Made by a program: the position numbers and the translations under genes. The notes beneath the pieces were generated by a model. The model did no database searches and had not been told where the DNA came from. It saw only the letters and a list, made by a program, of their open reading frames with translations. This document shows positions 30,590-40,268 of a DNA stretch of 64,000 nt, in pieces (position 1 is the stretch's first letter; each line of letters starts with the position of its first letter). The DNA is from Gammaproteobacteria bacterium (GTDB lineage: Bacteria > Pseudomonadota > Gammaproteobacteria > CAJXQU01). The stretch covers positions 1,792,001 through 1,856,000 of the forward strand of contig CBDEGZ010000003.1 of assembly GCA_965238175.1 (NCBI GenBank). Reading direction: 5' to 3'.

Positions 30590-30620
30590 GCTAAGATTTA
30601 ATTTAATATGCTGTTTTAAT

Positions 30621-31616
30621 TTAGCTATCTGCCAATGTTTTTTTATTTTTGGTTGCTTCGGGGGAGCCTTGTTGTGCAGCTTTTGAAAACCAGGAAAGTG
30701 CTTTTTGAGGATCTTTTTCAACACCAGATCCCGTTGCATACAAGTAACCTACGTAGTTTTGTGCTTCAATGTTACCTGCAGTTGCCGCTCTTAAATACCA
30801 TTTTACTGCAATAGATTGATTTCCTTTAATTATCTTCCCTTCATCGTAGAGTTTGGCTAATGTTATTTGTGCGCTGACATTATCTTGATCTGCAGCTTTA
30901 TTCAACCAATTGATTGCTGGATCAATATTCCCTGATGCTGAGTTTTCGTTTAAAAGTAACAATCCATAGTTATATTGTGCTTTTGGATTACCTGCACGTG
31001 CTGTTTTTTCATACAAGCTTTTCGCTAAGCTTGGATTTTTTGCTACGCCGGTACCGGTGGCATAAGAATGAGCGAGGTTATATTGTGCTTGGACGATTTT
31101 CGCATTAGCTGCTTTTTCCGTCCAGATAAAAGCATGTTCAAGATTTTTCTTTAGTACTTTCCCAGTACGATAAAGATTACCTATATGGAATTGCGCGATA
31201 GGAAGTCCTTTGTTTGCTAACCCATGCAGGCGACTAACTGCATCTCTATTACCACTTTGGGCTGCTTTGCCGTACCAACGCGCTGCTTTTTTTTCATCAA
31301 CTTCAGTTCCTTCACCTGTTTGATAAAGAACTGCCAGATTATATTGAGCTTTACTGTTCCCATTTTTAGCACCAGCTTGATACCACTTAATAGCTTGCGC
31401 CTTGTCCGGGGTAACACCATCACCATTGTCGTACATCAGACCCAAAGCGAATTGTGCTCTGTTGTCATCTTTATTGGCGAGATCTTCAAAAATACTGATC
31501 GCTTTCTCGAATTCACTATTCTTATAGGCGGTAACTCCTTCAACAAAATCAGCTTTTGATATGCCAGAGAAGATTAGAAGCGTACTAAAAATGATTATTT
31601 TTGTGAATAGATCCAT
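30621..31616 (-). CDS. Exported Sel1-repeat protein
   Basis: Multiple Sel1 repeats; the likely start is ATG 31616 (MDLFTKII...SKA signal peptide). Confidence 0.9.
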   Translation of the reverse strand: MDLFTKIIIFSTLLIFSGISKADFVEGVTAYKNSEFEKAISIFEDLANKDDNRAQFALGLMYDNGDGVTPDKAQAIKWYQAGAKNGNSKAQYNLAVLYQTGEGTEVDEKKAARWYGKAAQSGNRDAVSRLHGLANKGLPIAQFHIGNLYRTGKVLKKNLEHAFIWTEKAANAKIVQAQYNLAHSYATGTGVAKNPSLAKSLYEKTARAGNPKAQYNYGLLLLNENSASGNIDPAINWLNKAADQDNVSAQITLAKLYDEGKIIKGNQSIAVKWYLRAATAGNIEAQNYVGYLYATGSGVEKDPQKALSWFSKAAQQGSPEATKNKKTLADS

Positions 31617-31789
31617 AAACAATATTTTTGAACAAATGTAATTGAGTTTATCGGCAGTTAAGCGAACTAGCATAGACTGATGCAGCAAACGTGCCTGAAA
31701 TGTCCCAGATAGTCAGATTATTTAGTTAATCAAAAATATTGTTGTTGTCACGATTATTTATAGTTGTGTTTAGCTTTAATTTTTGGCCT

Positions 31790-32218
31790 CTAATAAGTGA
31801 GATTTTCGATAAAGTGATCTAGTCGTGACTGACTTTTTTGATCAAAATAGAGAAATTTTAGCCCAATACGCATATTTTCTTCATCGGCTTTATCTATCGC
31901 TTGAATTGCACAATCGAAGCTACATTCAGATAATTTATTCATATATGGCAAAGCTATCTTTATTTCATAGATATCATTATTGGTTTTTTTTGCGGAGGGA
32001 TTCATTGTTTCTAGTTGATAAGCTGTCTTTGCCGAACACCGTAGTTGTAGGCCTTGTCGAGAGATATCAAAAGCATGTCCGGTAAGGATCTTTTCATCAG
32101 GATTTTTGATCAAAATACGACGTTTAATCTGGTAACGTTGATATTTTCTATGTTCTTTATTTCGTACGCTATGGAAAGGGATTTGAAAAATTGAGTTGAT
32201 GCTATCTTGTCTGGACAT
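31790..32218 (-). CDS. Stand-alone PilZ domain protein
   Basis: RxxxR (RKYQR) and DxSxxG (DISRQG) c-di-GMP motifs, GLKF. Confidence 0.85.
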   Translation of the reverse strand: MSRQDSINSIFQIPFHSVRNKEHRKYQRYQIKRRILIKNPDEKILTGHAFDISRQGLQLRCSAKTAYQLETMNPSAKKTNNDIYEIKIALPYMNKLSECSFDCAIQAIDKADEENMRIGLKFLYFDQKSQSRLDHFIENLTY

Positions 32219-32265
32219 AACTTTAACTACTCCTTTAGTTAAATATTGACGTTATTTAAAAATGA

Positions 32266-32487
32266 TCAGTGGTGGCTGTTTACCCTGAATAACATTTGAG
32301 TCACTTTGCTCATACCTAAAGAAAGAAAAGCAGTGACGAGGAAGATGAAGAAACCAGCAAGATAGATTATTTGATCATATTCATTGCTGATTACAAAGTA
32401 CAAGCCAAGGCATAGGATTGAGCCTATCAGTGAAAAGATACCCAAAATCATAAGAACTGGGATATACCATGGGGTAGAAATTTGCAT
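32266..32487 (-). CDS. Small two-TM membrane protein
   Basis: 73 aa with two hydrophobic helices; downstream of a sigma54 consensus. Confidence 0.65.
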   Translation of the reverse strand: MQISTPWYIPVLMILGIFSLIGSILCLGLYFVISNEYDQIIYLAGFFIFLVTAFLSLGMSKVTQMLFRVNSHH

Positions 32488-32530
32488 TTATAAAAACGTC
32501 CATTTAGTTGTTTCGATATATCTATATAGG

Positions 32531-32546
32531 AGCAATTGGTGTGCCA
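32531..32546 (-). promoter_or_regulatory. Sigma54 (-24/-12) promoter
   Basis: Minus strand TGGCAC-ACCAA-TTGCT, an exact TGGCAC-N5-TTGC match. Confidence 0.8.
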
Positions 32547-32680
32547 GGTATTTTTAGCTATATTTATATTAATGAATTAGGTTGCTAAAGATATATAACT
32601 AATTAATATATATAGATAAATATTCTAGTGTTGAATTACTGATGTTTTTTTCTCATCAGAATACTATTTTGATTTTTACA

Positions 32681-32708
32681 AAAAGCGTCTCTTTAAGGAG
32701 ACGCTTTT
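32681..32708. promoter_or_regulatory. Perfect inverted repeat (possible activator site or terminator)
   Basis: AAAAGCGTCTC-TTTAAG-GAGACGCTTTT between divergent genes. Confidence 0.45.
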
Positions 32709-32829
32709 GAGTGTTTTTAAAAAGGTTGATTTAGAATTTATCGCATGTCATTCTATCTACAGATAGATACAATATAGGTACAGAATACATCAGGCAGCAT
32801 AGCTATCCAATTTTTGTTTCGAGGCGTGT

Positions 32830-34179
32830 ATGAAGCAGCAATCAGTTCCAACAACTCTTTCAAAAGGTTCCAAATCAGTTGATTCAAGCTTACATGATCA
32901 TGAATTAGCACCCGTTGCTGGAGGGGGTTTACTTGACCGTCGATTATTCTTAAAGCGCGGACTTGTTTTCGGTGCTGCGAGCGTTGCAAGTGGAGCTACA
33001 GCAACAAAACTACTGGCGAAAGAGGGTGCCTCTGAATCCATTGTAGGTAGAACGCCTTCAATGTTAAAGCCAGGGAAAGCTTTCAGTAATTATGGGAAAC
33101 CATCGCCATACGAAGATAAAACGATCCGTTGGGTCTCGGCGAATACGATGGCGGGTGGTAATGGCGTGTCCTGGTGCCCACTCCACGAGCTGGAAGGTAT
33201 GATCACACCGAATGGATTGCATTATGAACGGCATCATAATGGTGTCCCAGATATTGATCCTGCAGAACATAAATTACTTGTTCATGGCATGGTTGAAAAG
33301 CCGCTGACTTTTTCTATTGAGGATCTGATGCGGTATCCACGCGAGTCGCGGATCTGTTTTATAGAATGTGGTGGGAACAGTAATGCAGCTTGGGCTAAAA
33401 AACCGGTTCAGTCTGAAGCAGGTTATTTTCATGGCCTGGTTTCTTGCAGTGAATGGACCGGCGTACCGTTATCAGTCATTTTAAACGAGGCGGGAATTGA
33501 TCCAAAAGCTGCCTGGTTGATTGCTGAAGCGGCTGACGGCATCTCAATGAATGTCAGTATCCCGGTAGAAAAAGCCATGGATGATGCAATACTCGCTTTG
33601 TATCAAAATGGTGAACGAATACGACCTGAAAATGGTTATCCTTTGCGATTACTACTTCCGGGTTGGGAAGGGGTAACCAATGTGAAATGGCTACGGCGAT
33701 TACAAGTGGCAGATCAACCGATTATGTCTCGAAATGAAACTGCAAAATATACCGAACTATTGCCCTCAGGAAAAGCGAGACAGTTTACATTCGAAATGGA
33801 GGCCAAATCATTGATTACCTCACCGAGTGGTGGCCAACAAATGCCCGGTAAAGGCTATTTCCAAATCACAGGTCTGGCGTGGTCAGGAAAAGGCAAAATA
33901 ACCAAGGTTGAAGTTTCTGCTGATGGTGGTGAAACCTGGGCGGAAGCACAATTGCAAGATCCTGTTCTCTCAAAAGCTTTTACGCGATTTAGAATTCCCT
34001 GGCGTTGGACGGGTGAGTCAGTAGTGATCAAAAGTAGAGCCACTGATGAAACGGGTTACGTACAGCCCGAGCGAGATGTGTTAGTTGAAGAACGTGGCAG
34101 ACATGGATACTTTCACTACAATGCTATTGTGAGCTGGCTCATTGCTGAAGAGGGTTTTGTAAGTCATGTCTATGCCTAA
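32830..34179 (+). CDS. soxC: SoxC-like molybdopterin sulfite/sulfane dehydrogenase subunit
   Basis: Tat motif DRRLFLK, ITPNGLHYERHH, FIECGGN (Mo-Cys), NGERIRPENGYPLR and VKWL. Confidence 0.88.
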   Translation: MKQQSVPTTLSKGSKSVDSSLHDHELAPVAGGGLLDRRLFLKRGLVFGAASVASGATATKLLAKEGASESIVGRTPSMLKPGKAFSNYGKPSPYEDKTIRWVSANTMAGGNGVSWCPLHELEGMITPNGLHYERHHNGVPDIDPAEHKLLVHGMVEKPLTFSIEDLMRYPRESRICFIECGGNSNAAWAKKPVQSEAGYFHGLVSCSEWTGVPLSVILNEAGIDPKAAWLIAEAADGISMNVSIPVEKAMDDAILALYQNGERIRPENGYPLRLLLPGWEGVTNVKWLRRLQVADQPIMSRNETAKYTELLPSGKARQFTFEMEAKSLITSPSGGQQMPGKGYFQITGLAWSGKGKITKVEVSADGGETWAEAQLQDPVLSKAFTRFRIPWRWTGESVVIKSRATDETGYVQPERDVLVEERGRHGYFHYNAIVSWLIAEEGFVSHVYA

Positions 34180-34744
34180 AATCTTATTCGTGATTTTTAT
34201 AAGCTGGTCGGTGTCTGTATACGCAGAGTGCGATCAAGATCATAACCATAGTAATAAAGATAACGAAAACGGTCCGATGTTAGGTCCTGAATTAGGCAAT
34301 CCAGCCTCAAAAGAATTGATCAAAGCATGGGATCAAAGCATTTTTCCAGATGGTAAAGGTTTACCGGTTGGAAAAGGTTCTGTTGAACAAGGTGAAGGCA
34401 TTTATAAACTCCAATGTGCTATTTGTCATGGGCCGGGAGCCATTGGTGGAACTGCTGAAGAACTCGCCGGTGGACAACAAGGCCTAACGGGTGAATATCC
34501 AGATAAAATAGTCGGTGTTTACTGGCCTTTTGCGACAACATTGTTTGGTTTCATCAAGCGAGCAATGCCACTAAATGCACCGGGATCACTCTCTGATGAT
34601 CAAACCTACGCGCTTACTGCTTACTTATTAAATTTGAATGATATTGTTGAAGAAGGTGCCACTTTGAGTAACGAGACTTTGTCTAAAGTTGAGATGCCGA
34701 ATCGTGATGGTTTTATTTGGATTTATCCAGAACAGGAAAATTAG
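34166..34744 (+). CDS. soxD: SoxD-like monoheme cytochrome c
   Basis: PDGKGLP.G.G, CAICH, YWPFATT, RAMP and MPNRDGF motifs. Confidence 0.85.
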   Translation: MSMPKILFVIFISWSVSVYAECDQDHNHSNKDNENGPMLGPELGNPASKELIKAWDQSIFPDGKGLPVGKGSVEQGEGIYKLQCAICHGPGAIGGTAEELAGGQQGLTGEYPDKIVGVYWPFATTLFGFIKRAMPLNAPGSLSDDQTYALTAYLLNLNDIVEEGATLSNETLSKVEMPNRDGFIWIYPEQEN

Positions 34745-34851
34745 TAGTGAAATTCTTTGTTGATTACTTCAAGATGCAAGATGCGAGGAATAATATTTTG
34801 TATATGTAAGAAGAGAATACAGAGAATTCAGACTCATAAAGTTAGATATTT

Positions 34852-35073
34852 ATGAGTCTGAAAGACAAAATTTTAAATTGGTATGAAGGAGAATTTGTTC
34901 CATACGAAAATGATCCTGGCTCGGGTATTGTTATATTTGGTGGTCAATATGAACGACATTGGACAGCGAATACTGTTCGCTCACTTATTGCTTTTTATCT
35001 TATGCACTGGAAGTGGTTATGGGATTTTTGTGCATCCATGTTCGGTTTATACATAGCCTATCTAAAACGTTAA
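34852..35073 (+). CDS. Small hypothetical protein with C-terminal TM
   Basis: 73 aa, Trp/Tyr-rich (WYEG...RHWTA...HWKW), ending in a hydrophobic helix. Confidence 0.55.
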   Translation: MSLKDKILNWYEGEFVPYENDPGSGIVIFGGQYERHWTANTVRSLIAFYLMHWKWLWDFCASMFGLYIAYLKR

Positions 35074-35355
35074 CTATCAGACTATGAGAACACAGACAAA
35101 GCAATTATAAATCATCTACAAAAGTCTCAAAAGCGTGGGCTGGATGTGTAAAAGAAGCAGACCATTTGTTGAGACGTTAGAACAGAAAACGAATGGATAT
35201 CACAACAAATATACTAATCGGAATACCAATCGTTATTTGGTTATGGCTGTCACTCAGGAACCACTGCGGCAAAATTTGATAGCACACTTGATCCATTTCA
35301 AAGAAAGGCTCAAATAACAATTGTGTGGCTTTTCCATTTCTTGAGGCTTCTCTAA

Positions 35356-35976
35356 TTATTTACTAATCGCTTCACTCTCAATCAACAATTCTAAAACTGC
35401 TTCAGCCATTTGGTAATAACCTTTAGCATTTGGATGAACTGCATCCGATTTTAATTCATTATTCGAAATGATCTCTGACAAAACCCCAGTTTTGATCGGG
35501 ATTTGCATTTCAGCGGCTATCTCTTCATAAAAGGTTGCAGGGCTTAAAAAAATCCCAGGTTTAGGTACCGATAACAATACAACTTGAGACTGACTATCTT
35601 TGATCATTTTAATCATGGTTTTTAGATTATTTATGATCTGAGACTTATCCAATTTTTGTAGCAGATCATTGCCGCCATGACAGAGGATAACCAGATCTGG
35701 TTTATATTTTTTGAGCAAACCAGTCAAACGATTTTTCCCTTCAATTGAAATTTCACCAGGGATTCCAGCATTGATCACCTTTATGCCTGTTAATTGATTC
35801 AAAACTGCGGGATAACTTTTTTGTTTGGAGGCTCCAGTTCCATAGGTCAAACTGTCGCCGAAAGCTAAAATAGTTGCGGAAGGTTTAAGTGGTTTGAGCT
35901 CAGGTTGTTCGCCACCACAATTAGCGATAAAGAACAACAAACTGATCAAAACCAGAAATGCAAGCTTTAGTTTCAT
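35356..35976 (-). CDS. GDSL/SGNH arylesterase, probable lipoprotein
   Basis: GDSLT, GGND and DAVHPN motifs; Cys after the signal peptide. Confidence 0.88.
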   Translation of the reverse strand: MKLKLAFLVLISLLFFIANCGGEQPELKPLKPSATILAFGDSLTYGTGASKQKSYPAVLNQLTGIKVINAGIPGEISIEGKNRLTGLLKKYKPDLVILCHGGNDLLQKLDKSQIINNLKTMIKMIKDSQSQVVLLSVPKPGIFLSPATFYEEIAAEMQIPIKTGVLSEIISNNELKSDAVHPNAKGYYQMAEAVLELLIESEAISK

Positions 35977-36002
35977 TCCCGCTTAAGCTTCAATCTGGGA
36001 AC

Positions 36003-37589
36003 TTAGTTGACATTTGTATTTTCGAAATATAGTACCAGCGGTTGATCACCGGTAACTTTAGCATTGAAAGTTACACCTTCTGGGATTATCAAGTGATCTC
36101 CTGCATTTAGATCATATATTTCATTATCAATAGTAAGTGTAAAAGTTCCTGAATAAACTGCGAACAAAGTTCGTTGTGAAAACCGCTGATCTTGAAAAAC
36201 CGTATTAGCAGGAACTTCTTCATTCATGGTCGCATAGCCTTTGTTAAACAGGGCCATCTCAAAGTTTTCTTCGTTTAAATCACCATCTCTTGGCTGATCC
36301 CACGGGATGATTTTTATGTCGTTATTACCATTGCGATAGGGGATAACGCGGTTACCACCCTGAAATTCAGCTTCATAATTGGCCGCTTCCGCATGTTCAT
36401 ATAGCTCATCAAGTTCAATTCTCCGGTCAGGGATTTTAGTTGCTACACCAGCGTGGATGGTTATTTGTTTTTCTATATCGGTCATCAAATTTAATTCGTT
36501 AACTGTATTGCGAATATTATCAACGATACGTGTTGCATCCTGAGCATGGGCTCCGACTAAAAGTAGCGCAAAGTTAGCTTCACCATCCAGGTGAGCTGGC
36601 AGATCACCAGCTCGACGACCATGAGATTTAATTGATGCACCGACTTTTTTCAGTACTGAGAGTATAGATTTTTGGTCTTTTACTCGTTTTAGCTCTTGAA
36701 AATGATCGACCGTTATATATGCAAGAGTAATGGGATCTTTGCTTCGAGCAGAGCGTTGCCATTCCTGGCTGATCGTTTCTGTAAAGGTTCTTTGATTAGG
36801 AAGGTTGGTAACAGGATCAATACGGATTTGTGAGCGTAAGGAATTGATCAATGATTTACTTCGTTTGTGCCAAACATGTAAGTCTTTTGTTGTTTTGTTG
36901 AGGGTTGTGACTGTTTCTTCATGTTCTAGATTGGTTGCTCTCAAACTTGTCTGTAATTTTTTTGATTCTTTGATCAACGTGTCATATTCATGGTTTAGAT
37001 CATTAAGTTGAATTTGTGCACGAATTCCATCTTTCGAAGCACGACGGAAAAATAACAAAATAAGGAAAAGAAAAGCAGCTATTGCGATTAAGGTAACTGT
37101 CGCGGGAGGATTCCATGGATAAGACTGTTCATTTAGACCTAAAACAGTTAGGCCAACGGCAGGTAGAGTGAAGCCTAAGTAGTACGTTAGTTTATTTGAA
37201 TAGCTGGTAGCGACCAGGATTGTCAGTCCTATAAGCCAGATCAATAATCCCAATTTATGCAGATCAGAATTGATAGACGAAGCAAAATATCCAGCGACAC
37301 CCCACAAAACTCCAGAAAAAATAAGTAATAGGAAGAATATAAATGAGCGTAACCCCCCAACTTCATCAGATTTCTCAAAACTAACAATTAATATGCGTAA
37401 CAGGTAAAGAGTGGCAGCAGATGCTAGCCAATAAAATAGGTAAGTTTGATAAACTAAGCCATTGAATAATTTAGATATAATCAATGTCGAGATTATGCCT
37501 AGAATAATTTCTGGCCAAGCACGTTTGAATACTATTGCTGAGATTTCTTTGTTAATGTTTGGGGGGATGGTTTTGTCAGTATCTAACAT
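36003..37589 (-). CDS. Membrane-bound degenerate GGDEF protein with C-terminal cupin domain
   Basis: Multi-TM N-terminus and coiled coil; DPVTNLPN, I-site RAGD, A-site replaced by LDGEA; C-terminal VYSG.F.LTIDNE.YDLNAGD.L.IPEG cupin. Confidence 0.8.
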   Translation of the reverse strand: MLDTDKTIPPNINKEISAIVFKRAWPEIILGIISTLIISKLFNGLVYQTYLFYWLASAATLYLLRILIVSFEKSDEVGGLRSFIFFLLLIFSGVLWGVAGYFASSINSDLHKLGLLIWLIGLTILVATSYSNKLTYYLGFTLPAVGLTVLGLNEQSYPWNPPATVTLIAIAAFLFLILLFFRRASKDGIRAQIQLNDLNHEYDTLIKESKKLQTSLRATNLEHEETVTTLNKTTKDLHVWHKRSKSLINSLRSQIRIDPVTNLPNQRTFTETISQEWQRSARSKDPITLAYITVDHFQELKRVKDQKSILSVLKKVGASIKSHGRRAGDLPAHLDGEANFALLLVGAHAQDATRIVDNIRNTVNELNLMTDIEKQITIHAGVATKIPDRRIELDELYEHAEAANYEAEFQGGNRVIPYRNGNNDIKIIPWDQPRDGDLNEENFEMALFNKGYATMNEEVPANTVFQDQRFSQRTLFAVYSGTFTLTIDNEIYDLNAGDHLIIPEGVTFNAKVTGDQPLVLYFENTNVN

Positions 37590-37859
37590 AATTGTTTGAA
37601 AACACTCAATATTTTATCGATATTCTAATAACTGGAATTATACGACTTGTGATTATACGTTAATTTGGATAAAAAGCTTTTTAGAGAATTATTAGAACTT
37701 TTTTATTTAATAGGAAAAATGAATGCATATTTTTCATCAGCTAATGTATAGAAAAAAGATCATTTATTGTTAGATAAATATCTGAAAAGACTCCCGAAAA
37801 ACACTTCAACCTGATAGACTTCACGCCCTTTGAGTATACCATCATCACCCGGAGCATGA

Positions 37860-39404
37860 ATGTTTCAATTAATCACCTCGAAAACAGCAAGTTTAAAATC
37901 TGATCTACTATCCGGATTGACTGTTGCTCTTGCATTAGTACCTGAGGCGGTAGCGTTTGCATTTGTCGCAGGTGTTGAGCCATTGGTTGGATTATATGCG
38001 GCGTTTATGGTTGGATTAATCACCGCAACGATTGGTGGACGCCCTGGGATGATTTCAGGAGCCACGGGTGCGCTAGCGGTTGTTATGGTCAGCTTGGTTG
38101 CACAACATGGTGTTGAATATTTGTTCGCAGCCGTTGTACTGATGGGGATTCTCCAAGTGTTTGCGGGTGTGTTCGGCTTAGGAAAATTCATCCGCATGGT
38201 TCCTCATCCTGTAATGCTTGGATTTGTAAATGGTTTGGCGATTGTGATCTTCCTAGCACAACTGAAGCAATTTCAGGTTTTAGATGGCAATGGTGACATG
38301 GTTTGGCTGCAGGGGAGTACCTTGCTGTTGATGCTAGGTTTGGTTGGCATGACCATGATGATCATTTTTCTATTACCGAAATTCACTCGCGTGTTGCCGG
38401 CATCTCTAGTCGCGATTGTATCCGTATCGTTGCTTGCATTAGGCTTGGATCTTGATACACATAACGTTCAGGATGTCTTAAGAAATATGACGGGCGATCC
38501 TGCTGCAACGTTAGCGGGTGGTTTCCCAGAGTTTCATTTTCCAACAGTTCCACTTAATCTCGAAACATTGAAAATCATACTTCCATATTCAATCATTCTC
38601 GCTGGTGTTGGTTTGATCGAATCCTTGTTGACCTTAACTCTTATTGACGAATTGACTGAAACTCGAGGACGCGGTAACAAAGAGTGTATAGGGCAGGGTG
38701 TTGCAAATGTTGCTACTGGATTTTTTGGTGGCATGGGTGGCTGCGCAATGATTGGTCAAAGTATGATCAATATTAATTCTGGTGGACGTGGTCGAGCTTC
38801 AGGAATTTTTGCAGCACTTTGTTTGCTTGGATTTATACTTGTAGGTTCAACCTTGATCGAAAATATTCCGGTTGCGGCATTGGTAGGTGTAATGTTCATG
38901 GTTGTTTTAGGTACATTTGAGTGGGCAAGTTTTAACCTGCTTGGAAAAATCCCATTAGCAGATACTTTCGTTGGAATTTTAGTTGCAGTCGTGACTGTTA
39001 TGACAGATCTTGCTATCGCAGTTATTACAGGTGTGATCGTTTCGGCCCTTATTTTTGCCTGGCAGCATGCCAAGCATATGGTGGTAGAAACGCGATCTGA
39101 AAATGACGGGAAGACTAAAATATATTTGCCATACGGGCCATTATTTTTTGGATCAGTCAGTTATTTCAATGACTTCTTTGATCCCGGCAGTGATCCGGAT
39201 GATGTGATTATTGATTTCGTGAATTCACGTGTAATGGATCATTCGGGCTTAGAAGCAATTGATTCGCTTGCAGATAAATATCTGAAAGCTGGAAAGACCT
39301 TGCATTTAAGACATCTAAGTCCTGAATGTCGTTCATTATTGGAAAAAGCGGGTAATTTAGTTGAAGTGAATGTCATGGAAGATCCAATTTATACCGTTGC
39401 CTAA
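37860..39404 (+). CDS. SulP/SLC26 anion transporter with STAS domain
   Basis: [29 protein letters not shown] and GPLFFGS...D.SG motifs. Confidence 0.93.
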   Translation: MFQLITSKTASLKSDLLSGLTVALALVPEAVAFAFVAGVEPLVGLYAAFMVGLITATIGGRPGMISGATGALAVVMVSLVAQHGVEYLFAAVVLMGILQVFAGVFGLGKFIRMVPHPVMLGFVNGLAIVIFLAQLKQFQVLDGNGDMVWLQGSTLLLMLGLVGMTMMIIFLLPKFTRVLPASLVAIVSVSLLALGLDLDTHNVQDVLRNMTGDPAATLAGGFPEFHFPTVPLNLETLKIILPYSIILAGVGLIESLLTLTLIDELTETRGRGNKECIGQGVANVATGFFGGMGGCAMIGQSMININSGGRGRASGIFAALCLLGFILVGSTLIENIPVAALVGVMFMVVLGTFEWASFNLLGKIPLADTFVGILVAVVTVMTDLAIAVITGVIVSALIFAWQHAKHMVVETRSENDGKTKIYLPYGPLFFGSVSYFNDFFDPGSDPDDVIIDFVNSRVMDHSGLEAIDSLADKYLKAGKTLHLRHLSPECRSLLEKAGNLVEVNVMEDPIYTVA

Positions 39405-39426
39405 GTGGTTACTAATAGTTGCTTGA

Positions 39427-40260
39427 TTAGTTAGGAGCCTGGCGATGTTTGCAATCGAGTTGGAAGATCCTGCAATCATCTAATCTTAATGCGGTCAGTT
39501 CACCTCCCCACAAACAACCGGTATCAATCGGGAAGACATTATTTTCGGCTACGTTCACTTCGGCTAGTTTATGTGTCGACCAATGGCCAAAGATAATTTT
39601 AAGTTCTTTGCTCTGACGATCTTTGATTTCATACCAGGGCTGTAGTCCTTGTGTCTGACTACCGGGTGGGCCTTTTTGATCAAAATTCATCCGGCCATTT
39701 TGTTCACAATATCGAACCCGAGTAAAAAAGTTCGTTATGCAGCGTAATCGTTCCCAGCCGGTTAAATCATCAGACCAGATATTCGGCTGGTTACCATAAA
39801 TTCTTGCCAGGTAATGTTTGTAGTCTTCGCTAATTAAAACATCTTCAACTTCTTTAGCTAATGATTTGATTTTGTTAAAATTCCATTGTGGTGAAATGCC
39901 AGCATGCACCATTGAATAATCTAAGTTTTGATCATGATGGAACAGAGGTTGTCGCCTTAACCAATCGAGCAATTCATCACGATCAGAAGCAGCGAATATC
40001 GCATCAAATGTATCTTTACGATGTGCTTTTCCTGCTTGATCTGCAGCGAGCAGATGAATGTCATGGTTACCAAGCACTGAGACGGCCTTATCACCAAGAG
40101 AGGCTATAAAACGTAGCGTTTCTAATGATTGAGAGCCTCGGTTAACTAAATCTCCAGCAAACCATAAATGATCATGTTCTGCTGAAAATCCAATGAGGCT
40201 AAGTAGATCGTTTAATTCTTGAAAACAGCCTTGAATATCACCAATTGCATAAGTTGCCAT
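39427..40260 (-). CDS. apaH: Symmetrical bis(5'-nucleosyl)-tetraphosphatase
   Basis: GDIQGC, GDLVNRG, LGNHD, FGHW and DTGCLWGG motifs. Confidence 0.96.
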   Translation of the reverse strand: MATYAIGDIQGCFQELNDLLSLIGFSAEHDHLWFAGDLVNRGSQSLETLRFIASLGDKAVSVLGNHDIHLLAADQAGKAHRKDTFDAIFAASDRDELLDWLRRQPLFHHDQNLDYSMVHAGISPQWNFNKIKSLAKEVEDVLISEDYKHYLARIYGNQPNIWSDDLTGWERLRCITNFFTRVRYCEQNGRMNFDQKGPPGSQTQGLQPWYEIKDRQSKELKIIFGHWSTHKLAEVNVAENNVFPIDTGCLWGGELTALRLDDCRIFQLDCKHRQAPN

Positions 40261-40268
40261 AATTACAA

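Noticed and set aside
28491-31688. tRNA-anchored genomic island or prophage
   Set aside because: No integrase, and no second copy of the tRNA 3' end was found in the window.
35074-35355. Short ORFs between the 73-aa gene and the esterase
   Set aside because: No RBS or recognisable motif on either strand.
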